From an uncultured Francisellaceae bacterium (lineage in GTDB: Bacteria; Pseudomonadota; Gammaproteobacteria; UBA6186; Azoamicaceae), in contig CAMFJH010000002.1 of NCBI GenBank assembly GCA_945956915.1, positions 33,842 to 97,841 on the forward strand: DNA of 64,000 bases. The letters are read 5' to 3'. Below, piece by piece: positions 1 through 9,769 of this stretch. The stretch's first letter is position 1. Each line of letters starts with the position of its first letter. Under the pieces are notes generated by a model. It saw only the letters and a list, made by a program, of their open reading frames with translations, ran no database searches and was not told where the DNA came from. The position numbers were made by a program, and so were the translations under genes.

Positions 1-138
1 TTACGAAGATTAACTGCAGAGCATTGTGATATCTTGATGCACATTCCGATGCAGGGTATGGTAGAAAGTTTAAATGTTTCTGTGGCTGCTGCTGTGTGTT
101 TGTATGAAGCTTTTAGACAACGTCTAATGCTGCTTTAG
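1..138 (+). CDS. 3' end of a SpoU/TrmH-family RNA 2'-O-methyltransferase (RlmB-like); 5' part lies outside the window
   Basis: Frame open from position 1 to TAG at 136-138. It translates to [56 protein letters not shown] is the C-terminal SpoU knot motif. Confidence 0.6.
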   Translation, partial: LRRLTAEHCDILMHIPMQGMVESLNVSVAAAVCLYEAFRQRLMLL

Positions 139-263
139 GCAAATGCTTATCTGGCCTGTATTTTTTTATGAGTAATTCAGAAAATAAAGTGCAGATATCT
201 GTATATATAAACAGTTAAAATTCTTGTAGTAACTGCTCAGGTGCCCGCTCGATACCCCCAGAT

Positions 264-483
264 AAAAATCCCCCCGCTAGCTTCGCTATCGACCCCCTTT
301 TGAAAAAGTGGGTAAAGAGCATTGATGTCCGCTACGCTACCATCAATGAGTTTTTTGTTTTTTTACATAAATAAAGTTAAAAACATCAAGAAAAGGTCAT
401 TTATGTAAGCGAAGCGCAACATAAATGTACATTACCCACTTTTTCAAAAGGGGGTCGCTGCCAAGGGCAGCGGGGGGATTTTT
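264..483. repeat. Inverted pair of a ~51-nt double-hairpin module bounding a 117-nt interior (MITE/REP-like element, copy 1)
   Basis: 264-315 and 433-483 are reverse complements, except for a 15-nt internal hairpin that differs between the arms. The same module recurs at 27071-27415. Confidence 0.75.
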
Positions 484-580
484 CCCATTAGAGCATTGCC
501 CTGTTTTAACATAAAACTATTAGTTTACAAAGAGTTCAGGAGCTATATTCTGTTATCTACCTGGGCTGTTACCTCTTGTA

Positions 581-647
581 ATTGGTGCAACTAATATAAA
601 TATGGTGCAATTGGTGCGATTAGTTTATAATGGTGCAATTGGTGCAA
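581..647 (+). promoter_or_regulatory. Five iterated WTGGTGCRA motifs (two 15-nt TGGTGCAATTGGTGC units plus a half unit) directly upstream of the AlbA_2-like gene
   Basis: TGGTGCAATTGGTGC at 603-617 and 631-645, and ATTGGTGCAA at 581-590. The AGGAGG RBS and the ATG at 666 follow. Confidence 0.5.
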
Positions 648-665
648 TTATTAGGAGGACTTGCA

Positions 666-2006
666 ATGAAGCCTATTTATCCCGATAGAGAGTCTAAAAT
701 ATTAGAATTTAAACTTCAATTACCTCATTTAAGTCATCTCGTGAAAACATGTGTGGCCTTTGCTAATGGTGTGGGTGGTAAAATTATTATTGGTGTTAAA
801 GATGGTTCTAGAGAAATTGTAGGTATCGATGATAATATACGAAATCGATTATACGATGAATTTCCCAATTGTCTATATGATTCTACCCATCCAAGTTTAT
901 TAGCTGAAATTTATGAAAAAAATTACTCAGATGATTTAAGCGTTATGATTATTGAAATTTTTCCTAGCATGCAAAAACCCGTTTTTATAAAAAGTGAAGG
1001 CATGCTAAAAGGCGTATATTTAAGAGCAGGAACCAGTACACGTGTAGCGACAGAAGATTATATTAGGGAGCTTAAAAGAGAAAATAAAAGACTTTCATTC
1101 GATGAGAATCCTGTGCATGAAGACATTAATATTTTATCGGATACCCTTTTAGGACAAGCCTTGAATCGATATACAACAGAGCGTCTATTGATGGAAAAAA
1201 TTATATTGCGTTCTACAACCTCTGCATTAAAATACTATCCTACAATAGCTGGCGTATTATTGTTTTGTGAAAATCCCCAGCGATATATACCAGAAGCAAG
1301 CATTTATTGTACCCGTTTTCGTGGAGTAGAAGGGCGAGATATTATTCAAACAGAAGAAATAACAGGATGTTTATTGATACAAGTAGAATCGGTTTTTGAA
1401 TTGTTAAAATCTTGGTTAACAAGGGATTATAAATTAATTGGATCCAAGTTGAAAGGAAAAACTATTATACCAGAAGTCGCAATGAGAGAGGCGATTATAA
1501 ATGCTTTAATTCATAGAAAATATTGGATCCCAGGTGCAGTAAAAATAGCTGTGTATGACAATAGATTAGAAATTTTTAGTCCTGGTAATTTTCCGGGTGC
1601 TGTAGATCTTCAGCATTTAGGTGATGGAACAACTTATTTAAGAAATCCACATCTTGTGAGATTAGCAAGAAGGTTAGGCATGGCGGAAAAATTAGGAACA
1701 GGTATAAGACTTATTTTAGAAAGTTGCAAAAAAGCAAGCATTAGAAGTCCAGAATTTATAGAGGGTGCCGATAGTGTAAAAGTTATTTTTTATTTTTTAC
1801 CTGAAGATAAGAAAGATTTAAAAGACGAAGAGCGTATTCTAGAATTGTTTAAAATGCAAAACGAGTTAAGCTTAGGAAATGTCGAACATTTGTTATCTAT
1901 ATCAAGAAATACAGCGACAAGAAAATTAAATATTTTATTGAGAGAAAATAAAATACTTAGAATAGGCAAAGGACCTGCAGTCAGGTATATTTTAAAAGAC
2001 TCTTAA
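666..2006 (+). CDS. AlbA_2 (Schlafen-like) + HATPase_c_4-type putative DNA-binding / RecG-like regulator with a C-terminal wHTH
   Basis: ORF 630..2006. The preferred start is the ATG at 666, behind AGGAGG. N-terminal ESKILEFK...CVAFANGVGGKIIIGVKDGSREIVGI (AlbA_2 pattern). AMREAIINALIHRKYW...IAVYDNRLEIFSPGNFP (HATPase_c_4 pattern). Confidence 0.7.
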   Translation: MKPIYPDRESKILEFKLQLPHLSHLVKTCVAFANGVGGKIIIGVKDGSREIVGIDDNIRNRLYDEFPNCLYDSTHPSLLAEIYEKNYSDDLSVMIIEIFPSMQKPVFIKSEGMLKGVYLRAGTSTRVATEDYIRELKRENKRLSFDENPVHEDINILSDTLLGQALNRYTTERLLMEKIILRSTTSALKYYPTIAGVLLFCENPQRYIPEASIYCTRFRGVEGRDIIQTEEITGCLLIQVESVFELLKSWLTRDYKLIGSKLKGKTIIPEVAMREAIINALIHRKYWIPGAVKIAVYDNRLEIFSPGNFPGAVDLQHLGDGTTYLRNPHLVRLARRLGMAEKLGTGIRLILESCKKASIRSPEFIEGADSVKVIFYFLPEDKKDLKDEERILELFKMQNELSLGNVEHLLSISRNTATRKLNILLRENKILRIGKGPAVRYILKDS

Positions 2007-2007
2007 A

Positions 2008-3633
2008 TTACATATTGGAATAGTTAGGCCCACCCCCACCTTCTGGGGGTACCCAATTGATATTTTGTTCAGGATCTTTGATATCACAGGTTTTGCAATG
2101 TATGCAATTGGGTGCATTGATCTGAAGTTGAGGTTTTCGCTGGGTATCTTGCACTATTTCATACACCCCAGCTGGGCAATAACGTGTTTCCGGCGAAGCG
2201 TAGACTTCAAGATTAATGGATATCGCAAGAGATGGATTTTTGAGTTGCAAATGCGGCGGTTGATTTTCTTCATGATTCACATTTGTTAATTGCACTGAAG
2301 TCAATTTATCAAAACTGATAATACCATCGGGTTTAGGATAAATAATAGGCTTGCAATCTTTTGCTTTTTTTAAACTCAGATAATCAGCCTTGTTGTGAAA
2401 AGTCCAAGGTGCTTTTCCACGGAATACATAAGTATCCAATGCAGCATAGCTAAGACCCCACAATAATCCTTTCTGAAAAGCTGGACGAATATTGCGCACA
2501 GCTTTTAATTCATCCCAAATCCAGGAAGTTTGAATAGCCTGTTCATAAGTGTGTGATTGTACAGGACTTGAAGGGTGAATCGATTTAAAAATACATTCAG
2601 CTGCAATCATGCCCGATTTCATAGCAGTATGATTGCCCTTTATTTTAGCAACATTTAGAAATCCTGCGCTGCAGCCTATTAATAAGCCACCCGGAAAGCT
2701 AAGTTGAGGAATAGATTGAAAGCCACCTTCATTAATGGCACGTGCACCATAAGCAATGCGTCGCCCGCCTTCGAGCAGTGGTTTGATATGGGGATGATGT
2801 TTGAAACGCTGAAATTCAGAAAAAGGATCCAAATAAGGATTTTGATAATCTAAGCCCACTATAAGACCCAATGACAGTTGATTATTTTCTTGATGGTAAA
2901 TAAAAGAACCTCCATAAGTTTTGTGATCCAAAGGCCAACCCATGGTGTGTGTAACGTGTCCTAATTGGTGTTTGGCAGGATCAATCTCCCATATTTCTTT
3001 AATACCCAATCCGAAAGTTTGAGGATCACAAGAGCGATGTAATTTAAATTTTTCATCTAAAATTTTGGCAAGTGAGCCTCTAGCCCCTTCAGCGATTACA
3101 GTTGTTTTAGCAAAAATATCCATACCGGGCTGATAACTAGAAGTGGGATTATTATTTTTATCCAAACCGGCTTCCCCAGTGCTCACACCAATAACGGTGT
3201 CTTGATCCCATAAAAGTTGGGTTGCTGCAAAACCTGGAAAAATATCTACCCCTAATTTTTCAGCTTCTTGTGCAAGCCAACGACATAATGCCCCTAAACT
3301 GATAATGTAATTACCATCATTACGCATTAAGGGTGGGGTAGGTAAGCGATAAGCATGATCTTTTGTTAAAAACATAAACTTATCTTGGCTTACCTTTGTT
3401 TGTACCGGGGTTTGAAGTTCCGTCCAGTTAGGGAACAATTCTTCAAGTGAACGAGGTTCTAGCACTGCACCTGAAATAATATGAGCGCCAACCTCCGAGC
3501 CCTTTTCTAAAACACCAATACGAATCTTGTGTTTGTATTGGTTGGAAAGTTGTGCCAAACGTATGGCAGCCGATAATCCTGCAGGTCCTGCGCCCACAAT
3601 AATAACATCATATTCCATCGATTCTTTTATCAT
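2008..3633 (-). CDS. Electron transfer flavoprotein-ubiquinone oxidoreductase (ETF-QO)
   Basis: 541 aa. N-terminal FAD fold YDVIIVGAGPAGLSAA. C-terminal 4Fe-4S region CPAGVYE...NCIHCKTCDIKDP. Divergently adjacent to etfBA. Confidence 0.9.
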   Translation of the reverse strand: MIKESMEYDVIIVGAGPAGLSAAIRLAQLSNQYKHKIRIGVLEKGSEVGAHIISGAVLEPRSLEELFPNWTELQTPVQTKVSQDKFMFLTKDHAYRLPTPPLMRNDGNYIISLGALCRWLAQEAEKLGVDIFPGFAATQLLWDQDTVIGVSTGEAGLDKNNNPTSSYQPGMDIFAKTTVIAEGARGSLAKILDEKFKLHRSCDPQTFGLGIKEIWEIDPAKHQLGHVTHTMGWPLDHKTYGGSFIYHQENNQLSLGLIVGLDYQNPYLDPFSEFQRFKHHPHIKPLLEGGRRIAYGARAINEGGFQSIPQLSFPGGLLIGCSAGFLNVAKIKGNHTAMKSGMIAAECIFKSIHPSSPVQSHTYEQAIQTSWIWDELKAVRNIRPAFQKGLLWGLSYAALDTYVFRGKAPWTFHNKADYLSLKKAKDCKPIIYPKPDGIISFDKLTSVQLTNVNHEENQPPHLQLKNPSLAISINLEVYASPETRYCPAGVYEIVQDTQRKPQLQINAPNCIHCKTCDIKDPEQNINWVPPEGGGGPNYSNM

Positions 3634-3702
3634 TTCTAAATGCTATCATGAATATATCTACACTGAGAATACAAAGACCTAGAATAAATGGGAGATGCAT
3701 GA

Positions 3703-4491
3703 ATGTTGTGTTTGGTGCCAGTTAAACGCGTGATAGATTATAACGTTAAAATTCGCGTAAAAGCTGATAATAGTGGAGTTGTAACGGATCATGTGAAAAT
3801 GTCGATGAACCCCTTTGATGAAATCGCCATGGAAGAAGCCATGCGCTTAAAAGAAGCCGGTATAGTCAGCGAAATTATTGCCGTTTCAATAGGCTTAAGT
3901 GCATCGCAAGAAACCTGTAGAATAGCCTTGGCACGAGGGGCTGACAGTGCTATTTTAGTCGAAATAAATCCTGAGTTTGATTTTTTAGAACCCATTCATA
4001 TCGCAAGCATTTTAAAAACCTTGATTGTAGAAGTTTTAGAAAAAAAGCCCGAGTTGGTTATTTTAGGTAAACAAGCCATTGATGATGATTGTAATCAAAC
4101 GGCTCAAATGCTATCTGCTTTATTAGAATGGTCTCAAGGTACGAATGCTTCGCGTTTAGAAATTCAAAAAGAGCAAAACAAAGCCAAGATCACGCGTGAA
4201 GTGGATGGGGGTTTAGAAGTACTTTCCTTAACCTTACCTACGGTGATTAGCACAGATTTACGATTAAATGAACCACGGTATATTTCATTACCCAATGTGA
4301 TGAAAGCAAAGTCAAAGATCTTAAAAACATTGTTGTTGGTAGATTTGATTCAACAATATAATCTTAATATAAAGCCACATTTAAAAACCTTAACAGTAGA
4401 AGCACCCCTATTAAGGCGTTCGGGTCTGACCTTAGGATCAGCACAAGAATTGGTAGAAAAATTACGTCACGAGGCTAAAGTTATTGAATGA
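3703..4491 (+). CDS. etfB: Electron transfer flavoprotein beta subunit
   Basis: VKRVIDYNVKIRV...MNPFDEIAMEEAMRLKE is typical EtfB. It overlaps etfA by 4 nt. Confidence 0.9.
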   Translation: MLCLVPVKRVIDYNVKIRVKADNSGVVTDHVKMSMNPFDEIAMEEAMRLKEAGIVSEIIAVSIGLSASQETCRIALARGADSAILVEINPEFDFLEPIHIASILKTLIVEVLEKKPELVILGKQAIDDDCNQTAQMLSALLEWSQGTNASRLEIQKEQNKAKITREVDGGLEVLSLTLPTVISTDLRLNEPRYISLPNVMKAKSKILKTLLLVDLIQQYNLNIKPHLKTLTVEAPLLRRSGLTLGSAQELVEKLRHEAKVIE

Positions 4492-5444
4492 ATACTATTT
4501 TAGTGTTAGCAGAACATGATAATCTCAACTTAAAAAGCGCTACAGCTAATACGATTCGTGCAGCGTTGGCATTTGAAGGCGAAATACAGGTGCTGGTTGC
4601 TGGGTTTAATTGCCAGGCGATTGCTGAAAAAGTAGCCAGTTTAGAAGGCGTTAAAAAAGTGCTGTTGGCAGATGCAGCTTGTTATGAATATGGCTTGGCC
4701 GAAAATATTTCAGCCTTAATGCATCGTGTAATAACCGGAACAGAAAAGACGTACAATTATGTATTAGCACCCGCAACCACCTACGGAAAAAATATATTAC
4801 CCAGAGTCGCTGCAAAATCAGGGGTGTCACAAATTTCTGACGTGATAAAAATTATTAATAAAAATACCTTTGTAAGACCCATTTATGCCGGCAATGCTGT
4901 ACTAACTTTAGAATCTATCGATCACTTGAAAGTGATGACTGTTAGAACCACGGCTTTTGAAGCCGTATCCAGCAATCAAGCACCCGTAGATATTATTCGA
5001 ATTGCAGAGCAAAGCGATAAAAAATTATCTCAATTTATTAGCCAGGAAGCTCATCAGACTAAAAGACCGGAATTAACCTCTGCGCGTATTGTAATAGCAG
5101 GGGGCAGGGGATTACAAAGTGCCGAAAACTTTAAAATGTTAGAAGCGTTAGCCGATAAATTGAATGCTGCAGTAGGCGCATCACGAGCTGCTGTGGATTC
5201 AGGTTTTGTGCCTAATGATTATCAAGTGGGACAAACGGGAAAAATGGTGGCGCCTGAATTATACATTGCTGTGGGCATATCCGGGGCTATACAGCATTTA
5301 GCAGGCATGAAAGACAGCAAGATCATTGTCGCTATCAACAAAGATCCTGCCGCCCCAATTTTTCAGGTAGCCGATTATGGCATTATTGGCGATTTATTCG
5401 AAATTTTGCCAGAATTTAGCCATGCTTTAGATGCCTTAAACTGA
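4488..5444 (+). CDS. etfA: Electron transfer flavoprotein alpha subunit
   Basis: C-terminal FAD-binding region [46 protein letters not shown]. Confidence 0.9.
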   Translation: MNTILVLAEHDNLNLKSATANTIRAALAFEGEIQVLVAGFNCQAIAEKVASLEGVKKVLLADAACYEYGLAENISALMHRVITGTEKTYNYVLAPATTYGKNILPRVAAKSGVSQISDVIKIINKNTFVRPIYAGNAVLTLESIDHLKVMTVRTTAFEAVSSNQAPVDIIRIAEQSDKKLSQFISQEAHQTKRPELTSARIVIAGGRGLQSAENFKMLEALADKLNAAVGASRAAVDSGFVPNDYQVGQTGKMVAPELYIAVGISGAIQHLAGMKDSKIIVAINKDPAAPIFQVADYGIIGDLFEILPEFSHALDALN

Positions 5445-7721
5445 GTTTCCAGATTTAGGACTTTTAGGGCTGTTTTCAACCTGCTTATCCTGAATGTGTA
5501 TATTAAGAGCAGTGCTGCTATCTCCAAGGTTTTGAGATGCTGCAGAAAACATCATTGCTAATGCCGGTGTTGCAGCACCTGCTGCTTCCAAACTCTCTTT
5601 TTTATTGGAGAGTAATTTTTGTAACTCGTAATCAAAGCGCAAGCCAATACCTATTTTTCCTTTTTGATTTGCCAAAGCTTCTTCTAAAATAAGTACAGTC
5701 ATCAGCGGATGATTAATCAATTTTACTATGGCATCTTTGTCTCCTAGCCCTGAATAAGTGACTACAATGTTTTTGAAATCCTCTTTAGCGGTTGCTTCTT
5801 GTGAGCTAATATTGAGGTTGTCTAATAATGCCTTTTCTAATGCTAATAATTCAGATGGAAAAGAAGAAACTGTGTATGTGTTTTTGTACGCTACAACTTC
5901 TTTCAGCCCAAAAAGTGGAGATAAAGGTACTTTATCTGTATTGCCAGGATTTTGAGAAAGTATTTCCAATGCACCTTTAAAATCTTGCGAGGAAAGCGCT
6001 AATCTGAATTTTAGTACTAAAGGATGCTCTCGTTTTAATGTTTCAGAAAGGATCCAGTCGATACCTACAAATAACGATCCTGTGACAGCCTGAGCTGCCG
6101 TAGCCAGTGTTCGTTGCCAAGATAAAGAGATTTGTTCAGGGGTTTTGCCCAAATCATTTAAAATATATTTTTTTAAGTCAACATATGTTTGAGCTGTAGT
6201 GCCGAATGACAGAGAGGCGATATATTCACTTAATATGCTGTCTAGTTCGGATAGCAAGGCCTCTCCTATTGTTTGAATCCATATAGGATCATTTTCGTAA
6301 GTCAATATTTCAATCCAGTGATTATAGATTTTTTGTGCAGTTCGTTTTCCGCTTGTAGTGTTTCTTAAATGTTGTACTTTCTCGGAAACTACCAGTATTT
6401 TTTGAGCAAGTTTCGGTACTTCTGAAGGTACATCCGGCGATTGTATGCCTTGAATGAGTTTTTGCATTTTTTCAATATAGTTTTTACTAGCTTCTCGACC
6501 ACTTAGCATTAATGCTACTTTTTCCAATCCTGACAAACCAAAATTTAAGGTTGATATATTCATATCTTGCCCTTGAATAGTTCTGTCTGGGTAAAATTGG
6601 CCTACGCCTTTATCAGAGTTTATCATCAGCGCTTTTACCAAATCTGTAAATGAAGTAGAGGGTTGTGCACTTGCTTTTCTTTCAAAAAGTAAAGTTTCAC
6701 ATTCATCTTTACTATCGACTTTAAAACCTAGGGTGTAGGGGTTAATTTTTTGAGGCTTATTATTACCAATCGCAACTCTGACAAGTTGGGGTTCATTTTC
6801 GCCAAAAAACTGCCCTTGAATTCCATACTTATCCCTACGATCAAAAATATCCATGGGGTAGTTCATACGCATACCGCCATCTGCGAATTGAACGATACCT
6901 CTTTGTTCGCCCATGTCTATGGGGTGTGGTTTGAAAGCAAAAGGAAAGCTCATGGTGGCCCTAAAAGCATCGACTATTTTAACATTCGGTGTGTCGATAT
7001 GTGAAAATATTTGTGTTTCTTTTTTTACAATATCTGTTCCGGTTAGAAATAAATCTTTAAGTGAATTATCATTGTTTGAACGCTTTTCCTTTACAAGCGT
7101 ATGAAGATCGGCAAAAGTCATATCGGGATTGAATCCTTTGTCAATGAGAAAATTTTTTGCTAAGTTAATGCATTCAACACCCTGCCATACATGACTTTCT
7201 TTATAGAAACTGAATGCATCCCCCAAGCCCAATGCTGAGCGCGAACGGATAGTCGCACTCACCACTGCACTGGCAGCAAGACTGGCTGGAATAGAGAGCC
7301 CACCCGATACAACAGCAGCTCCTGCAACAGCAGCACCACTGGTTAATTTACCTACGGTGTTTAAAGTGCTGCTTATTGTAGAACTGTCTTCAAGTAATTT
7401 AAAATCGGTATTCATGATCAATCGAATCACTTCATCAGAGGTGTACCCCAATGCCACCATAAATGCCGTCATACCACCGGCAGAGCTACCCGCAACATTA
7501 TGAACCTCTGATAGAAAATTTTGGGATTCTAAGGTTTTGAGTGCACCTGCAAATAATGCACCTTTTGCACCGCCTCCTTCAAAAACCAAATTAATAGGTT
7601 TAGGATTTTTTAAAACCGCTTCTCTTAAACTATCTTCGTTTGTAAAGCCTTGGTTTTGAAATTCCGAGTTCTCTTTTTGCTCTTGAAGCAGTTTGTTAAC
7701 TTCATTGGTTGGCTTGCTCAC
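5436..7721 (-). CDS. Patatin-like phospholipase with a long C-terminal extension (effector-like)
   Basis: Oxyanion motif GGGAKG (aa 49-54), nucleophile motif G-S-S-A-G (aa 78-82), and a DGG motif (FADGGMRM). About 450 further residues carry no motif I recognise. Confidence 0.8.
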   Translation of the reverse strand: MSKPTNEVNKLLQEQKENSEFQNQGFTNEDSLREAVLKNPKPINLVFEGGGAKGALFAGALKTLESQNFLSEVHNVAGSSAGGMTAFMVALGYTSDEVIRLIMNTDFKLLEDSSTISSTLNTVGKLTSGAAVAGAAVVSGGLSIPASLAASAVVSATIRSRSALGLGDAFSFYKESHVWQGVECINLAKNFLIDKGFNPDMTFADLHTLVKEKRSNNDNSLKDLFLTGTDIVKKETQIFSHIDTPNVKIVDAFRATMSFPFAFKPHPIDMGEQRGIVQFADGGMRMNYPMDIFDRRDKYGIQGQFFGENEPQLVRVAIGNNKPQKINPYTLGFKVDSKDECETLLFERKASAQPSTSFTDLVKALMINSDKGVGQFYPDRTIQGQDMNISTLNFGLSGLEKVALMLSGREASKNYIEKMQKLIQGIQSPDVPSEVPKLAQKILVVSEKVQHLRNTTSGKRTAQKIYNHWIEILTYENDPIWIQTIGEALLSELDSILSEYIASLSFGTTAQTYVDLKKYILNDLGKTPEQISLSWQRTLATAAQAVTGSLFVGIDWILSETLKREHPLVLKFRLALSSQDFKGALEILSQNPGNTDKVPLSPLFGLKEVVAYKNTYTVSSFPSELLALEKALLDNLNISSQEATAKEDFKNIVVTYSGLGDKDAIVKLINHPLMTVLILEEALANQKGKIGIGLRFDYELQKLLSNKKESLEAAGAATPALAMMFSAASQNLGDSSTALNIHIQDKQVENSPKSPKSGNSV

Positions 7722-8020
7722 AATTGTTACTCCTAGTCATATAATCATTTGAATGCTTGATAAATAGACAAATATTATTCAAGTAGGTTCCTAATTTTTG
7801 GACCATGAGCAAAGTATACTTTAGTTAAAAATATAATAACATCGGATAAATAACTTAGTTTTTCATATTAAAAAACAGGAAGAATATTAAAACTGTTTTT
7901 TTATACAGATGTTTATAATGTCGATATTTATATGTATGAAAAATCTTTATTTAGGTTAGAATATCTCATTTAGAAATGAAAAAAATGGTTTAAGCGCAAA
8001 ATAAGGGTGAGGACTGAAAA

Positions 8021-9286
8021 ATGCTCAGTAACAAAACGATAGCAGAGTATGACGAAGTCGTATGGAAAGCCATAGAAGCGGAAGCTAAACGACAAGAAGA
8101 TCACATTGAATTGATTGCTTCAGAAAATTACGTCAGTTCTGCCATTTTAGAAGCCCAAGGATCTATTTTGACTAATAAATATGCTGAAGGTTATCCGGGT
8201 AAACGTTATTATGGCGGCTGTGAATATGTGGATATCATCGAACAATTGGCCATAGATAGGGCAAAACAAGTATTCAATGCAGGGTACGCAAACGTGCAAC
8301 CACACTCAGGATCCCAAGCGAATGCTGCAGCTTATATGGCATTGATTAACCCAGGTGACACGATTTTAGGGATGAGCCTAGATCACGGTGGCCATTTAAC
8401 ACATGGCGCAACGGTCAATTTTTCAGGGAAAATCTACAAAGCTTTTCAATATGGGGTGCAAGCTGAAACCGGTATGATTGATTATGATGCTGTGCTAAGA
8501 TTGGCTAAAACGCATCAACCCAAATTGATTATGGCTGGGTTTTCTGCTTATTCCAGAATTGTAGATTGGTCTATTTTCAGAGAAATTGCTGATGCTGTGG
8601 GTGCTTATTTGGTTGTGGATATGGCACATGTGGCGGGTTTAGTGGCTGCCGGTTTATATCCTTCCCCAGTTAATATCGCAGATGTTACAACCTCTACAAC
8701 CCATAAAACTTTAAGAGGCCCTCGCTCTGGTTTAATTTTGGCACGGTCTAATGAAGAAATAGAGAAAAAACTCAATTCTGCAATATTTCCAGGCTTGCAA
8801 GGCGGACCGTTGATGCATGTGATTGCAGCCAAGGCTATTGCCTTTAAAGAAGCCTTAGCACCTGAATTTAAACAATACCAACAACAAGTGTTGAACAATT
8901 CAAAATTATTTGCAGCGTGTATGATAAAAAGAGGTTATAAAATAGTTTCGGGTGGTACAGATAATCATTTATTTTTAGTGGATTTAATTGATAAAGGCAT
9001 AACTGGTAAAGATGCAAACAATGCTTTAGGTGCAGCCCATATCACGGCCAATAAAAATACAGTGCCCGATGATCCACGTTCTCCTTTTGTAAGCAGTGGT
9101 TTAAGAATAGGCACACCGGCTGTGACCAGTAGGGGCTTTAAAGAAGCAGAAATCCAGCAATTAAGCCAGTGGGTTTGTGATATACTCGATGACATTCAAA
9201 ACCAAACGACAATGGAGCGAGTCAAAAAGCAAGTTTTAGAATTGTGTGGGCGTTTTCCAGTTAGTACGATGGCAGTGGAGACTTAG
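8021..9286 (+). CDS. glyA: Serine hydroxymethyltransferase
   Basis: [10 protein letters not shown]...PLP-lysine region [15 protein letters not shown]. Full-length 421 aa. Confidence 0.95.
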   Translation: MLSNKTIAEYDEVVWKAIEAEAKRQEDHIELIASENYVSSAILEAQGSILTNKYAEGYPGKRYYGGCEYVDIIEQLAIDRAKQVFNAGYANVQPHSGSQANAAAYMALINPGDTILGMSLDHGGHLTHGATVNFSGKIYKAFQYGVQAETGMIDYDAVLRLAKTHQPKLIMAGFSAYSRIVDWSIFREIADAVGAYLVVDMAHVAGLVAAGLYPSPVNIADVTTSTTHKTLRGPRSGLILARSNEEIEKKLNSAIFPGLQGGPLMHVIAAKAIAFKEALAPEFKQYQQQVLNNSKLFAACMIKRGYKIVSGGTDNHLFLVDLIDKGITGKDANNALGAAHITANKNTVPDDPRSPFVSSGLRIGTPAVTSRGFKEAEIQQLSQWVCDILDDIQNQTTMERVKKQVLELCGRFPVSTMAVET

Positions 9287-9769
9287 ATGCAGTGTCCTTT
9301 TTGTCATGCCCAAGAAACAAAAGTCATCGATTCTCGTTTGGCAGGTGAGGGGGAGCAGGTAAGACGTAGAAGGGAATGTGTACTTTGTGCCGAACGTTTT
9401 ACCACCTACGAGACGATTGAACTTTCCTTGCCAAGATTAATTAAGCGGGATGGTAGTTGTGTACAATTTCAGGAAGAAAAATTAAGAAAAGGGATCTTAC
9501 GTGCTTTAGAAAAACGTCCTGTAAGAACAGAGCAAGTCGATGCTGCGGTCAACCGTATTGTTTATCGTTTACATGGGGCGGGAGAAAGAGAATTAGGAAC
9601 CAGGACGTTAGGTGAATGGGTGATGCATGAGCTTCGTGCTTTGGACGAAATTGCTTATGTCCGTTTTGCTTCGGTCTATCGTCGTTTTCAAGATATCGAT
9701 GAATTTAAAGAAGAAATAGCCTTGTTGCGTGGCACAGATGTAGGGGTAAAAGAATATGAAACAGAATGA
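9287..9769 (+). CDS. nrdR: Transcriptional repressor NrdR
   Basis: [17 protein letters not shown] zinc ribbon plus an ATP-cone. Starts directly after the glyA stop. Confidence 0.92.
   Translation: MQCPFCHAQETKVIDSRLAGEGEQVRRRRECVLCAERFTTYETIELSLPRLIKRDGSCVQFQEEKLRKGILRALEKRPVRTEQVDAAVNRIVYRLHGAGERELGTRTLGEWVMHELRALDEIAYVRFASVYRRFQDIDEFKEEIALLRGTDVGVKEYETE

Noticed and set aside
2065-2289. 74-aa plus-strand ORF antisense to ETF-QO. Similar shadow ORFs occur at 3789-3995, 5758-7104, 8605-9195, 15786-15968, 16901-17200, 21552-21746, 23492-23716, 25316-26101, 28713-28943, 30212-31004, 32570-33073, 42443-43616, 44469-44747, 45402-45893, 47299-47517, 48996-49827, 50311-50493, 52390-54081, 55030-55386, 56069-56465, 57570-57758, 58150-58350, 59143-60033, 60556-60795, 61709-61906, 62408-63232
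   Set aside because: All are embedded in, or antisense to, longer ORFs with clear family motifs. Alternatively they cross intergenic A/T-rich DNA without RBS support. They are treated as non-coding.
7722-8020. Search for tandem TTAATATT (PmrA-type) or other effector regulatory boxes upstream of the patatin gene and the other effector-like genes
   Set aside because: I found no tandem TTAATATT-N-TTAATATT arrangement by eye upstream of 7721, 10817, 38672, 42112 or 45490. The region is simply A/T-rich. A weak A/T hairpin (AAAAAACAG...CTGTTTTTT) near 7871-7902 is not distinctive.
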